From assembly GCA_049999805.1 (NCBI GenBank), contig JBNGIO010006345.1, positions 1 through 64,000 on the forward strand: 64,000 nt of DNA, given 5' to 3'. This stretch comes from Folioceros fuciformis (taxonomy: Eukaryota). The notes below the pieces were generated by a model. It had not been told where the DNA came from, did not search any database, and saw nothing but the letters and a program-made list of their open reading frames with translations. A program made the translations under genes and the position numbers. Of this stretch, positions 1 to 13,399 are shown in pieces (position 1 is the first letter of the stretch; every line of letters starts with the position of its first letter).

Positions 1-197
1 CACAATGGCGAGGCTATGGGTACAGCACAATGGCGAGGCTATGGGTACAGCACAATGGCGAGGCTATGGGTACAGCACAATGGCGAGGCTATGGGTACAG
101 CACAATGGCGAGGCTATGGGTACAGCACAATGGCGAGGCTATGGGTACAGCACAATGGCGAGGCTATGGGTACAGCACAATGGCGAGGCTATGGGTA
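1..197. repeat. Perfect 25-bp tandem repeat (CACAATGGCGAGGCTATGGGTACAG), ~7.9 copies, runs off the window start
   Basis: Unit read directly; it explains the repetitive ORFs at 5, 16 and 30. Confidence 0.97.
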
Positions 198-460
198 TGG
201 TCAGCATTGCCCACAGCCTCGGGTTTAACACTTGCAGCAACTCTGACAGGCTTCACGTTGCCCCCGGTCCCTCCTGCTGCAATCTCTGTCATCCTCTGCT
301 TCAGGATTTTGCAGTCCCCTTTGCACCGCCGCATTTTGCGAGAGTTGGCGTCAATTCTATAGATCTCTCGACTTCATGTTTGTTCGACATTCCATCTTCA
401 CGAGTGCGTGATGTAGAGATGTGCGTCGATTTCGATTTTGTGGCGGATGCGTGTGTGACC

Positions 461-3400
461 TCATGCCAAGAATGCAGTTTCAGAATTTGTAGGCTGCCGG
501 CTGTTGCTGATGGTCTTGATCAAGACTCGAGAGGTGAACCCGACGGAACATCGCAGCTGCATTGTCGGTTTGGAGATTTGAATTCGGTAAATGGCTTCAT
601 CACCGGTATCTTTGTAGCTTGGAACGCTACTCGCCTCCTTTGAAGGAGGTGACACTCAAGAGCTGAGTCGCCGCTGCGCGTGAGTGATCGTTTTTTATTT
701 ATTCGGAAAGGCTGTGTGCGAGGTACGAAGTTTGAAGCTGCACGTTTCAACGGACTTCGGCTTTCTGGCAGAGAGATTACTTGTTGTGTCTTGCTCATCC
801 TCATCTTGAAACATCTCATTTGATCGCAAGTAATTTTGCGACATGACTAGTACATGAATGAACGATCTGTCTCTATTCTTGCAGCTGTGGATTACATATT
901 TGAAAACTGCGGTATATGGTCATGAATCGCGATGGGATATTGCTGTTGGTTTGCTGGTTTGAGGGTCTGGATTTTGGCAGATGGCTTCATCATCGGCATT
1001 TCCCCAGCCTAGAGCTAGCACTAGAGAAGTGAGTTCTCACTGCGTCTGTTATCGTTTCCCTTCCTGTTCAAAAAGCATGTGTAAATGAGGTTCAATACCT
1101 GGACATCTCAGTGGTCTTTCAACATAACTGAGAACGTAGTTGTGGTCTTCCTCGTCCTCGTCTCAAAGCTTATGACCTGACCTCATGTTTGCGATGACTA
1201 AAAGTTGAATTGAACGATCCATCTATTTTATCGAATTTGCGATTTTTGCGGTATGTCAAAATTGGGTCATATCCACTTGGGGGACTATTCGAACCCACTG
1301 GATTCGTCGAAGATTCTTGGGAGTCCTCTACTTTCTTTGATTTTGCATTGTTGAACGTTGCTGAGCGTTACAGCCCAACTGTTGTTGACAGCTTCACTCT
1401 CCGTCAACGCAGCACATCTAACCCGTATTGTCTAGCCACGCTTGACGAAATCAATTCTGTTTCTTGATCCGTGAGATTTGTGTTGGTAGGAATTTCACCA
1501 TGGCAATGAGCATCGAAATGTAGCACTCCTGATAACACAAGCCGGGAAGGTCTACTCCTGCGGTAGCCCTAACGTGGACTACATGGTGGATAAGCATTTA
1601 CGCTCGTTCCCGCCCGTCTCTGTGAGCCAANNNNNNNNNNNNNNNNNNNNNNNNNNNNNNNNNNNNNNNNNNNNNNNNNNNNNNNNNNNNNNNNNNNNNN
1701 NNNNNNNNNNNNNNNNNNNNNNNNNNNNNNCCGGGCGCCAAGCCCCTGGCCGTCCCACATGGGCACCTGCACCTTCGTGTAGGGCACGAGCACGGCCTAC
1801 TGTTGACATCTTCACTCTCCGTCAACGCAGCACATCTAACCCGTGTTGTCTAGCCTCGCTTGACGAAATCAATTCTGTTTCTTGATCCGTGAGATTTGTG
1901 TTAGCAGGGTTTCCACCACGGCAATGAGCATGGAAACGCAGCACTCCTGATAATACAAGCCGGGAAGGTCTATTCCTACGGTAGCCCTAACGTGGACTAC
2001 GTGGTGGAAAAGCACTTACGCCCCTCCCCCCCCGGGGGCAGGCCCTCGGCCGCCCGAGCGGCGGGAATGTGAGGCCCCCGGTTGCCCCGCATGGGGGTGC
2101 AGGCCGCCAAGTGGGAATGCTAGGCCCCCGGCCGCCGCGCACAGGGGCGCAGGCACCTGTGCGGGGGACGACACAGCACGCGCACGGCCTGGCGCCCCCA
2201 CGCGGCAAGGTGCCAGGCGTCGACGAAGCGCCGGAGCGCATGGCCACGTAGTTTTCAAATCTGTAATCCACAGCTGCAAGAATAGAGACAGATCGTTCAT
2301 TCACGTGCCAGTCATGTCGCAAAATTACTTGCGATCAAGAAAGATGTTCCAAGAAGAGGACGAGCAAGACACAACAAGTAATCTCTCTGCCAGAAAGCTG
2401 AAGTCCGCTGAAACGTGCAGGTTCGAAATTCGTACCCGCGCATAGCCTTTCTAAACAAATAAAAAACGATCACTCACGCGCAACGGTGACTCAGCTCTCG
2501 AGTGTCACCTCCTTCAAAGAAGGCAAGTAGCATTCCAAGCTACAAAGATGCCGGTGATGAAGCCATTTACCGAATCCAAATCTCCAAATCGACAATGCAG
2601 CTATGATGTCCCGTAGGCTTCACCTCTGGAGTCTCGATCAAGACCATCAACAGAAGCCGGCAGCCTACATATTCTGAAACTGCATTCATGGCAAGAGGTC
2701 ACAAAGGCCGCCCAGCTAACTTCGTGCAGGTCGGCTGGGGCCTAATGCCCCCGCGTCCCCCTGGCGGCCTACGCCCCCGTGCGGGGCGGCGGGGGGATGC
2801 ACTGCTTGAAGACGACGCGGATGCGGACGTAATCGACTTGGCAGGGCTTCACGCAACCCTAGCTGAGGAGGGCATGAGCACGCTCAAGTTGAAACGAGTG
2901 CGCTTGGACCCACCGGCATTGACAGGGCTCAGTGGGTTGATAGCAAAGTTCGAGGGCAGCACCGAGATGTCCGTCACAATCTTCCATTCGGGNNNNNNNN
3001 NNCGTGTGGTCGTGCTAGGACCAGCATCGCGCGAGCAGCAGAATGGTGCGTTAGGGGCCTGGCACCCTCGGTGCCTAGGCGATCCACGCCCTTGCGCCCT
3101 CTGGTGTGGATGAAGGTCAATATTCCAACGTGGACTATTTGACGAACGTGTTAGAAGAGTTGCAGGAAGATCATTAACTTATAGTTTAAACACTTGAAGG
3201 AATGCAATATCAAGAGCGGGAGCAAGAGGAGCAAGTTGCAGGAGTAGGAGCAAGAGCAAGAGGATTGCTCACGAATCGCGATGAGATATTGTTGTTGGTT
3301 TGCTGGTTTGAGGGTCTGGATTTCGGCAAATGGCGTCATCATCGGCATTTCCCCGACTTAGAGCTGACATGGAGAAGTGAGTTCTCGCTCCATTCGTTAT

Positions 3401-3845
3401 CGTTTCTCTTCCTATTCAGAAAGCATGTGTAAATGAGGTTCAATAGCCGGACATCTCAGCGTCCTTTCAACATACCTAAGAACGTAGTTGTAGTCTTCCT
3501 CATCCTCGTCTCAAAGCTTATGACCTGACCACATGTTTGCGATGACTGAAAGTTGAAAGAAACGATCCATCTGGTTTGTCGAATTTGTGATTTTTGTTGT
3601 GTGTCAAAATTGGGTCATATCCACTTGGGGGAGTGTTCAAACCGACTGGATCAATTGAAGATCTTTATGAGTCCTCTACTTTCTTTGATTTTGCGTTGTT
3701 AATCCTTGCTAAGTGTTATGGTCGAACTCTATAATAGCTTCACTCTCCGTCAACACAGCACATCTAACCCGTGTTGTCTGACCACGCTTGATGAAATCAA
3801 TTCTATTTCATGATCCGTGAGATTTGTGTTGGTAGGATTTTCCTC
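461..3845. repeat. Mosaic of diverged repeat copies around assembly gaps (probable degenerate mobile-element family)
   Basis: ~461-908 recurs inverted at ~2250-2695; ~922-1500 recurs directly at ~3270-3845; ~1380-1600 recurs at ~1797-2020. GC-rich inserts lie between copies, with N gaps at 1631-1730 and 2993-3002. No transposase or RT motif recognised. Confidence 0.75.
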
Positions 3846-5444
3846 AATGACCTATTCCAGGGAGTGTGATTTGAGGCCGAGCTTGTAAAAAGTCCAATCA
3901 TTGTCATCTGCATCGAAACGCAGTACCGCTAGTTGTGGTGTCAGTGGTCTGGTCTATGTGGTTTGGGATTCCAGCTATCATAGACTTTGGGATGAAGAAT
4001 CCTTACATTTAGATAGCTTTGCTAGTGTATGTTATACTAAGCCTACATCTACCATCTTCTTTGGTTGCAATTTTGATGAAACATGGGAGAGTCTTGTTCC
4101 TAGCTTTTTTGGCTGCCTTTTTTTCATCTAGTGTCCTTTATCTTGCATCATGCACTATGTGCATATATTCATGCCATGTTGCATCCTATTATTTGGATTC
4201 CATTACATCTAGTTTTAACCCTTTTTATAAGTGAGCTCAACAAACATAGCAAAATAATGACATTCTTTCTTATGATTATGCTATTCATTTTAGCAACTTT
4301 GTATTGTTCTTTGCTTATGATCATNNNNNNNNNNGCTTATGATCATGCTATTCATTTTAGCAACTTTGTATTGTTCTTTGCAGTACTAGGATCTATAGAG
4401 ATATAAACTCCCTGTCATAGGTATATGTTATTCTTTTATGTACTTTTAAATCATGAATAAAATATAAAGCTGCTTTAAATTGGAGCTCTTGACAGTTAAC
4501 CAGCTATAGTGTAAAGTACGCAGGGCTAGGTTTATGGAGGGCGGACCTCTCCATGATATACATAGGGGAATACAATTGGAAAGCAATGTGTCCATATTCC
4601 CCTACGTTTACCTGTCCCCTCACATTCAGACTTCATCGTTCCCAAAGAAAAGCAAAGAAAAGAGGGCAGTACAAGTGGTCAAGGCCAGAATGCTGGCTGA
4701 GTCAAGACAGTGGCAAAGGGTACAAATGTCTGCATCATGGACTGCAGAAAGGGTCTTGGTTGATGGCACTACATGTATTTCGGTACAGATGAGGCACGCA
4801 TGGTGTGGAGCCCCGACTCATAAATGCTCACCAAGTTTGACAGGTTGTCTCGCGGAGGCCTGGTGCTGTCTGCTGATTTCTGGTTGTACACTTCAGGCCA
4901 CGGATTCCCTGATCTCTGAAGGTCATGTAGCAGTTGTCTGCAAACGCCACACGCATTCCAGTGGGTTAAACCTGGGGCAGTTTATGGGTAGCATCAAGGA
5001 TTCATGAGAATGATTTGAAGGACGTCCCTCATTGCAAATCAGGGTCCCTGCATCCAACGAATATTGCACGTCTTCAGTTACATCTTCAAGGGCAAAGCGA
5101 GCAGGGAATGTACCTGTCCAGAATCCGGGTGCTCGGTGCGTATCCACCCATGAGTGAGAGGGGAACGTCACAAAGTGGAGACACTCCGGAGGGTGAAAAT
5201 CCATGGCTACATCACGAGGGTGCTGAAACGAGCTCCAGACTGCTACGCAAATTGTAGAAGGGTTTCTCACGATGGGCATGTGTCTGCCGATCGGCAATGT
5301 CTACGGGTATCAGGATCAGGGGCAAGAAGAAAAAGGAATCCCTGTTTCTGGTGACTCACGTCTGAAGATCATCGATAGGCTCAAAGGGAGAATCTGTTGC
5401 ACAGCTTTGCCAGCATTCCTCCTGCCTGCCTGCTGAATCTGCCG

Positions 5445-5722
5445 CTAACTCTTTCCAGCTACATCTGGAGCAAACGCTTCTGAGCTGAATTTCGAGCAAG
5501 CGCTTCCCAGCTGCATCCTGAACAAACACTTCCTGGCGAACGCTTCTCACCTGCATTCTGAGCAAACGCTTTCCCAGCTGGATCCTAAGCAAACGACTTC
5601 CCTGCTGAATCCTGAGCAAACGCTTTCCCAGCTGAGTCCTGAACACAGGCTTCCCCTTCTGAAGCTTCAGCAAACGCTTCCTCGCAAACGCTTCTCAATT
5701 GCATCCTGAGCAAACCCTTCCC
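5445..5722. repeat. Degenerate ~27-bp minisatellite (CTGAGCAAACGCTTTCCCAGCTG-like) just upstream of HCF164
   Basis: Recurrent GCAAACGCTT / CCAGCTG cores, about ten imperfect copies. Confidence 0.8.
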
Positions 5723-5853
5723 GGCTACGTATCGCATCGAACGACGGTAACTTGGATGACGCATAAGACCCTAACGGCAGCGCATTGCTGGAGGCAGGCC
5801 GTCGACATATGTGTACGTAGCTCATTCCGGAAGGTGAAGGGAGCGGAGATTCA

Positions 5854-7008
5854 ATGGCGTCTGTCATGGCCTCCGTCTTGCCGGCCGTGCAGCTGTGCTG
5901 CCACTCGCAATTCTCAGCGGCGAGATATCCAGGCGTGAGGAGACAACCAAGCGTGATGAAAGCGGGTGGAGGGAGCAGCAGTCTTCAGCTGGTAGGCACG
6001 GTTCAGCAGGCGCGAGCTCACCACGCTGCAAAATGGAGATTCGCAGCTCAGGCCGTCCCTTCAGGAGATGAAGTACGTCTCATCTTGGCTTTGGTTTACG
6101 CATGGCTTGGCTGGGATGCGATCGGATGGGTTCGACTGTGGGATATGTTTGTTGAGGCGCGTTTCTCGATACAGCAAGCGGCAGCAGGTGATGAAGCCGG
6201 CGAGAGTGCAAATGCAGCTGGAGCTGCATCGAAAGATGAAGCTGAAGCCGCAGAGCCTGTGGTTGAGTCTGCTTCTTCCTACCAGGAGGGGCCTAGCAAG
6301 AGGAGCAACCAGATCTTAGCCCTCGCTTCCTGTGCTGTTGCCGTGAGTCTGTTCCTGGCACCCCGGCTCATCAGTGCGGGCCCGGATTTGGGCCAGCTTG
6401 CTGCGGCAGCTGTTCCCTATGAGGAGGTGAGGTGAGTCTTGTGTGCCTGGTTGCACACATGGTGCCATAACAGTGGCCTCATTTTGGAAACCCTCTGGTG
6501 GTGTGGTGTGCAGGCTCTCAGCAATGGACGGCCAACGGTTCTAGAATTCTACGCCGACTGGTGCGAGGTGTGCCGAGAGATGGCCCGGGATGTGTATGGT
6601 GTGGAGCAGGAGTACAAGTGAGTCTCATGTTGTGAGAGCTCTACCCTGCTGTCCATGCAATGAAGGCTAAGACATACTCGTCTCTTCGCTCTTTCTCATG
6701 CCCGTTCTCATCCGTTTCCCAGGGACCAGGTGAACTTCGTCATGCTTAACGTGGACAACACCAAATGGGAGCAGGAACTGGACGAGTTTGGCGTGGAAGG
6801 CATTCCACACTTCACCTTTCTGGACGGCCAAGGGAACGAAGAGGGGAACATTGTGGGAAGGATGCCCAAAACCTTCCTCGTTGAAAACTTACGAGCGTTA
6901 CTCCAAGGTGATCCCAACCTGCCTCACACCAGACTTGTCGGTCGCTTCTCAGACGCAGCAACTTCCAAACCCAAGGGTAGTCCCCAGGACCCTCGTGCCC
7001 ATTCGTAG
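5854..7008 (+). CDS. HCF164: Thylakoid thioredoxin-like protein HCF164; exons ~5854-6072, 6175-6426, 6514-6617, 6723-7008
   Basis: Transit-peptide-like N-terminus and one TM segment, then [20 protein letters not shown] and [32 protein letters not shown] junctions keep frame. Confidence 0.93.
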
Positions 7009-7879
7009 ATCATCAGACAGGCCTACCTCCTTCCTTCTCTCCCTCTCTGTTCTTTCCACCGAAAATGCTTCACCCACAGCATCCAGGCGGCGTAGCAAGT
7101 CCACCAGCTGCCCTTGCAGGGTCTTATCAGACCTCAGACATTTTTTTTAGAGGAGACTCCCTGGCCTGGCGAATTGGGGCAAGTCTTGGCACCGAGCGTG
7201 CAGATCGATGTACATACTGTACTGTTAGACCAAACTGATTGAAATCCTCATCACTCCTGTTTCCACGGTAAAAAAAGTTCCCGTTTGCTTTCCTGTGGAA
7301 GACGGCAACAGGGAGCTTCAGCAGTGGTGGGCTGTCCAACTCCGTTGCGGCCTAAGAATGCCTTTCAAGCAATTTGAGAGGTGGTCCACACTGAACAGAA
7401 GCTGGTGTTGGATGAATCCGTCGAAGAGGACGAACGAAAGAACAAAACTCCGCAAGGAAAGGAGCAGAAAACAAGGGTGATCATCCACCATGGAGTGAGC
7501 TTAGAAATCCGCCCAAAACAATATGCCGCCCTGTTGTCGGCAATGCCAAATGCATGCAGCCAAGAGACTGGGTAAGAGACCTATGAAGGCGGTCGACCAC
7601 CATGGAAATCCGTCCAACGATGAACGGTAGCAAGATAAACATCGGCAGGAAGGATGGTCATGCTCGACAGGATCTGCCCCACTTGCTGTCCCGGCCTCTG
7701 TCTGGCCGACTCCAAGATACCTTTCCCAAAGGGGACGTCATACCTGAAGGCACCTCGGAAACAGTAGTCCAGTCTAAGGAATCTATACGTGATTGCCCCT
7801 ACAAAGAAGGTGGGAGTCACCCTAGTGTCTGCAGACAGACAGGACTTCAGGAGATCTGCCCATCACCATCCGCGAGGCA

Positions 7880-9865
7880 ATGGGGAATTCGAGTGAATGT
7901 GTTGAAGGCTCTCAAGGTGGAGCCTGGGTGGTATACGCGACGGGCATAGCCGCCGCTTTCGGGGTTTTGATTGTTCTCGCGGGAAAGCTGGGGTCGAGGA
8001 AGCTGCGGCTTCCTCCTAGTCCTCCCGGGCTCCCGCTGCTGGGCAATCTGTCCGTGCTGAGCTCACCGAGTCTCCATGTCACCTTCACCGAAATTGCCAA
8101 GAATCTTGGCCCGATCTTCATGCTCCGGATCGGACCGACCAAGGCCATCGTCGTCTCCACTTCCGAGCTGGCCAAAGAGGTGCTCAAGACTCAGGACCAG
8201 ACCTTCGCTAACCGACCTCACAGCACAGCCAGACACAACCTCTTCTACGGTAATGACACCGTTGTTATGGGAAACTACGACGCTACCTACATTCATTTGA
8301 GGTAGGAAGTGCGGCCGATCCGGTAGCCAACAATTTTGCAGATCCGTGGCCGTCTGTTGGAAAAGTTGTGCATTGGAATATTTCAAGCAAAGTTCCTTGA
8401 TCATAAGAACGTGCCTAGGTAATGCAGAAAGATCATGACCTCCCAGCTCCTCAACTCCCAGCGGGTGGAAGAGTTTGCCAGTGTGCGGGTGGAGGAGCTT
8501 TCCAGTATGCTCAGGTCTATCTGGAAGGGCTGCAAACGCCAGGATCCCGATGGCGTGGACCTGCATCACATGATTTTCGTCTTCTCCTCCAACACCATGA
8601 CTCGCCTGCTCATGGGGAGGAGATGCTACGAGTACGAGGGTGTCCATGGCGGTGCACACGAGTCCCAAGAGGTGACGATCATGCATCGTGACCGGTCCTA
8701 AATCCGCATCCATAATTCCTGACGGGTGCCATTCCAGGTTCCATCCTGCTAACCCGTTGCCACTAAATGGAACCATGGCTCTCTTGCTCACCAGGCCCTC
8801 ATGTTCCGCAAGACTGTGGAGGCCTACCATTCCCTGACGGGCGCTCCCATCATAGGCGACTGGATCCCGCAGCTGAGTTTCCTGGACAGGATCAGAAACG
8901 TGAAAGCCGCCATGCGCAAAACCCGTGGCACCATGAGCGCGTACTTGGACAGGCTGATCCAAGACCGCAGGCTCCACAACAGCAAGAAAACGCAATCCAG
9001 CAACAACGACTTCCTGGACGTCCTGCTGTCTCTCCCGGGGGCCAAGGGTGCCAAGAGCCTGAGCGACAACGAGATCAAGTCCCTCTTCGTGGTGAGCATA
9101 TGCATAACTGTCCATTTCCATCCCGCGAGACCTTGTTTCCGATTCCGTGACCTCACTCTCGCACACTTTTCTCTCATCAACCGTGCCTCCCCCCTGCCTC
9201 GCCCCACCTCACCTCACCTAACCTGACCTCGCCTCCAGGAGCTGCTGGTGGCGGGATCCGAGACGGTGGCCGTCACAGTCGAGTGGGCATTATCAGAGCT
9301 GATCCGCAACCCAGACGTGATGGCCAAACTCCAACAAGAGGTGGACTCAGTGGTGGACCAATCCCGCGTGGTGGAGGAATCCGACGTGCGCAAAATGCCC
9401 TTCCTGCTCAACGTGGTGAAGGAGAGCTACCGGCTGCACGCCTCGGGAGCGATCCTGGTCCCGCACCGCTCCAGCAAAGCGTGCAAGGTCGGAGGCTACG
9501 ACATCCCCAAGGACACCATTACCTTCGTGAACGCATACGCCATCCACAGGGACGCCACCACCTGGCCGAACCCGCAGCAATTCGACCCTCACAGATTCTC
9601 AGTCCGAGACGTCTCGCACACCGGGCAGGACTTCGAGCTGCTGCCATTCGGAGCCGGCCGGCGAAGCTGCCCGGGAATGCCCCTTGGAGATGTGCTGGTG
9701 CTGCTCACCGTGGCTCGCCTGGTGCACATGTTCCACTGGTCTCTCCCGTACGCCGTGAACCCGCACCATCTGGACATGTCGGAGAAAGGCATCCTCAGCA
9801 TCGCCAGGCTCCACCATCTCTCGGCCGTGCCGTCTCCTCGTCTCCCTGACTCGCTCTACGACTAA
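7880..9865 (+). CDS. Cytochrome P450 (A-type/CYP71-clan-like); exons 7880-8301, 8428-8671, 8795-9091, 9239-9865
   Basis: N-terminal membrane anchor, LPPSPPGLPLLGNL hinge, I-helix AGSET, ESYR (ExxR), PHRF and heme motif PFGAGRRSCPG. Splicing keeps frame. Confidence 0.95.
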
Positions 9866-11163
9866 GGTCGCACCCTCGCTTGTACAATATGAGCCTATCA
9901 TGGAATTCAATATTACTTTTTTCATATTTTAAATCACAAAATAAAAAATATATCTCAAATACTTATTTCACATCATGTAATTACCATCTATCTGACCTAC
10001 CTCTCTTTGTATGATATAAATATATAACCCTTTAATCTAGGGGTGAGAACTTTCTCAAACTAACTAACTATGTGACAATGGGAATTTTTGGATCTAATAC
10101 AAGGTAAGTTTAAAACGTGCCGATTCTTCACATGGAGCTTTTCATTGAATTTATGTGAAGATTTATATTGTATTTTTTTTGTAAGAAAATAAAAGTTAAA
10201 AAGAAAATAAAAAATAAACTTGTTATCATGTTGTGTGCAAAAGAGTCATATGATGCATCTTACATGATGTATAAAGTAGATAAAGATAGATTCAAGACAA
10301 ATAAATGAAGAAGATTTGATTAGGTTAATCTTTTCATAGCACAAGTCTTTGGAAGCATATAAAAGATTTTTCTCTCACACTAGTTTTTACGAACTTTTGC
10401 AATAATGCAATTCTGATTAATCTTTTTTGCTTGGAATTTGTGCAGCTTGATAGTCAAGCAGCTAAATTCCCTAGTTGTATTTCTTTCTTCCCATATGTTA
10501 TAACATAGATCTTTATTTTTATTTTTCTTCTTTTCTTGTCTTGTTTATGTTGTTATTTTTGCTCTAACATGAATGGAGGGCATTCTTGAAAATGTGAATG
10601 ATAACATGTAGTTTTAGTGATTGTATGTATGTGTCTATTACGTTCTTTCTTTCCTATAACTTTTCTTTTTCTCTATGTGTGTCAAGTGTTTGTGTCTTTT
10701 TCATTTCTTCATATCCCAGCCAATTCTTGTTCTTCATCAAACATCCCTTCTTTCTACATACCCAATTCTCAAACCCCAAATGCAAATGGACTTCCTCGAA
10801 AGGTTCTTACTCCAGTGCTAGCTATTTTCATGTTGTTAAGTTTAGGATATATCATCTATATCATTGTTTGTCAGCCTGTGTCTGAATTAGGCATCTTATA
10901 TTCTGGAGGTTTTGAAGATTTTGGAGACTAGCTAGTTCCTTATTGATTGGGTTGTGCTTTCAAATGTGTTTGTAAAATCATCTATGGCCTTGGCACACTT
11001 GCAAATCTCCGGGTTATATCATGTGCTTGAATTTGCTTTAAGCATTCAGAGTGTTGGGTTGGTCTTGAGATGTTTTGCTTATTGTAGCGACGTGAACCAT
11101 CAATCTAGATTTAGATCAAGAGATAGGATAATCAACCCATGTAGAGAAGCTCTAAGTCAGCTG

Positions 11164-11931
11164 ATGCAGCCCTTCTCCCAATCGCATCATTCACCAAGTA
11201 TTGGTGGTTCTCGCTTATGGCGTGCCATCATGCATTGTCTGAGTTTAACTAAAGCCTCTAGTGACGCGTTTTTTAACATGGATCATCATCCAAGGTTTGG
11301 TCACTACTCAGATGCAGCAGGGATGGAAGATGAACATTCAGAAGCAAATGAAAATTCTATCCGTGAATCCTGTACATTGCCCCCTCAATTGACCCAAGAC
11401 CATGGTAAGAAGACTCTCGTTTTAGATCTAGATGAGACCCTTGTTCATTCTTCATTTAAGCCAATCAGTAGCTATGATTTCATCTTCAATGTGGAGGTGG
11501 AAAACAAGATGACAGTGGTATATGTTTTGAAAAGACCATTTGTGGAGAAATTTCTCAAAACTGTTGCCCCAAAATTTGAGGTCGTGCTGTTTACGGCAAG
11601 CCTGAGAAAGTATGCCGATCCACTGGTTGATCAACTTGATGTTCACTCAAGCATTCGATACCGCTTGTATCGTGAATCTTGTCGTCATATTGACGGCGGC
11701 TATGTGAAGGATCTTTCCTTCCTTGGGAGAGACCTTAACAACACGATTATTGTGGACAACAGCCCACATTGCTATTCTCTACAACCTGAGAATGCTGTAC
11801 CTATTTCTACTTTTATGGATGATCCCAATGACCATGAATTGTTAGATTTGATCCCGTACTTAGATGTAATAGCAACATTCGATAATGTAAGAGAAGCTAT
11901 TATGGCCCACAAGTTTAAAGGCTCTAGATAA
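11164..11931 (+). CDS. SCP/CTDSP-like small CTD phosphatase (HAD, FCP1/NIF domain); start uncertain
   Basis: KKTLVLDLDETLVHSSF (DxDx[T/V]), VLKRP, FTAS, YVKDLSFLGRDL and IIVDNSP motifs in one uninterrupted ORF. Confidence 0.92.
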   Translation: MQPFSQSHHSPSIGGSRLWRAIMHCLSLTKASSDAFFNMDHHPRFGHYSDAAGMEDEHSEANENSIRESCTLPPQLTQDHGKKTLVLDLDETLVHSSFKPISSYDFIFNVEVENKMTVVYVLKRPFVEKFLKTVAPKFEVVLFTASLRKYADPLVDQLDVHSSIRYRLYRESCRHIDGGYVKDLSFLGRDLNNTIIVDNSPHCYSLQPENAVPISTFMDDPNDHELLDLIPYLDVIATFDNVREAIMAHKFKGSR

Positions 11932-13037
11932 TTGGAATTCATGGCTACTACTCAGACACCTATTTAGAGGATCCATCCCTTAGAGGATCCATCCCAGGTG
12001 ACTAACTTGACTGCCCAGGTGCTTGTTTTTTTATACACTTATGATTGTGGTTGCTTATCACCTAATGTACCTGAGAATTATGTGACTCTCATCAGTACAA
12101 GATGCAATCATCAATTAACTATCTACAATGTCTCAAGGATCGACACCTTGCCGATGGTAAGTCTGTGTCTAATTCTGTCTATCTTCAAGCAAGCAACCTC
12201 ATTAATATGCATCATTTTAAATTTTGTGATAAATTCATGTGTGTGAAACTGTCTCCCATGCTTCCTTGAGTCTTGTCATTCAATTCAAAGTTGTTTACTC
12301 ATTGGATCATTCAATTCAGACTGTTGTTCTTAAGCATCTTAACATATCAAGATGAAACTAGAAACCAAAGGAAAATGATCCACAAGTCTATGATAGTATC
12401 CTTCTTAGTGTAATGTGAGAGGGTTGATAACCACTATTTATATATCCTTCTACACCACAGACTATCTTGCAACTCACATTGTGTTGAATTTTGTCAAGTA
12501 ATTGAGACTTGATACTAATTGTATACATAAATAATTCGTAACAAAACTAGGAAATTTATCTCATATGATACACGAGCCATCATCTATAAATATTCACATT
12601 ATAATAAGATAATTTTCAACTGAAAAGGAAACACTAATCTTAATATCAGAAACCACATTTTAGTAACATATACATTAAGTGTGCCATATGCACATGATAA
12701 GCTTGAGAAATGTGAGACTTCAGCATAAGCAAAAGATGTAGAGGCTGGGACTCCAAGCACATGGAAGATAGGTGAACAGAACACTTTGACATAATATAAA
12801 AAAAGGAAAAAACATGATAAGGACATGGGTAAATGGAAGCCTCTAGAGTCGCAAGAAGTGAGTCCAATTTATATATATGGTGCTAATTTCTAGCAAAAGC
12901 ATTGAGGATTGGAAGGTTAATTAACATCCCTGTCATGAAGACTACTAAATTCCCACACAACAAGGTGCTTGGACTCAAAAACCTTATGCTTACCAAGACT
13001 ACATAAAAGAAGCACACTACTACAATCATATATAAGG

Positions 13038-13058
13038 TTTAGGGTTTAGGGTTTAGGG
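13038..13058. repeat. Interstitial plant telomere-type repeat (TTTAGGG)x3
   Basis: Three perfect units read directly, with degenerate flanks. Confidence 0.85.
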
Positions 13059-13399
13059 TCTAAAGTTTTCATATCCCATTGATACAAGGAACAAATATTG
13101 TGACCATGACAAGATTCATAATTACATCTGGCATGTATCTTTCTCTGGCACACACTCACCAAAAGATAGCATTGCTTGAAGCTCATGGTTTCAACAATGT
13201 TTTCTAACAACATCACTATTGAGGCTCTCACAAAGGATTAAAATGGTGAGTGAAAACTGTTCTCCTAACATTCATGTTGCATATGTGTACAAATTGAAAA
13301 GTGGGAACATGTTAGTTGGCTTACTTGTGCTCTTTCCTACTCATACAAAGTTTGAAAGCAACCCTCACACTCAAGGTGGAAGAAAACCAGCTCATCCCT

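Noticed and set aside
1-197. CRISPR-like array or repetitive protein ORFs
   Set aside because: Units are contiguous with no spacers and the context is eukaryotic; the ORFs arise because the 25-bp unit has no plus-strand stop.
1990-3110. GC-rich segments as rRNA or rDNA spacer
   Set aside because: No conserved 18S, 5.8S, 26S or 5S sequence recognised.
4534-5673. Possible gene(s) upstream of HCF164
   Set aside because: Splice-like signals exist but I could not assemble a consistent frame or recognise a domain.
6073-6174. Extra hydrophobic segment in the HCF164 ORF
   Set aside because: Better explained as a 102-nt stop-free GT-AG intron.
8063-9166. 367-aa minus-strand ORF
   Set aside because: Antisense shadow of the GC-rich P450 exons; no recognisable motif.
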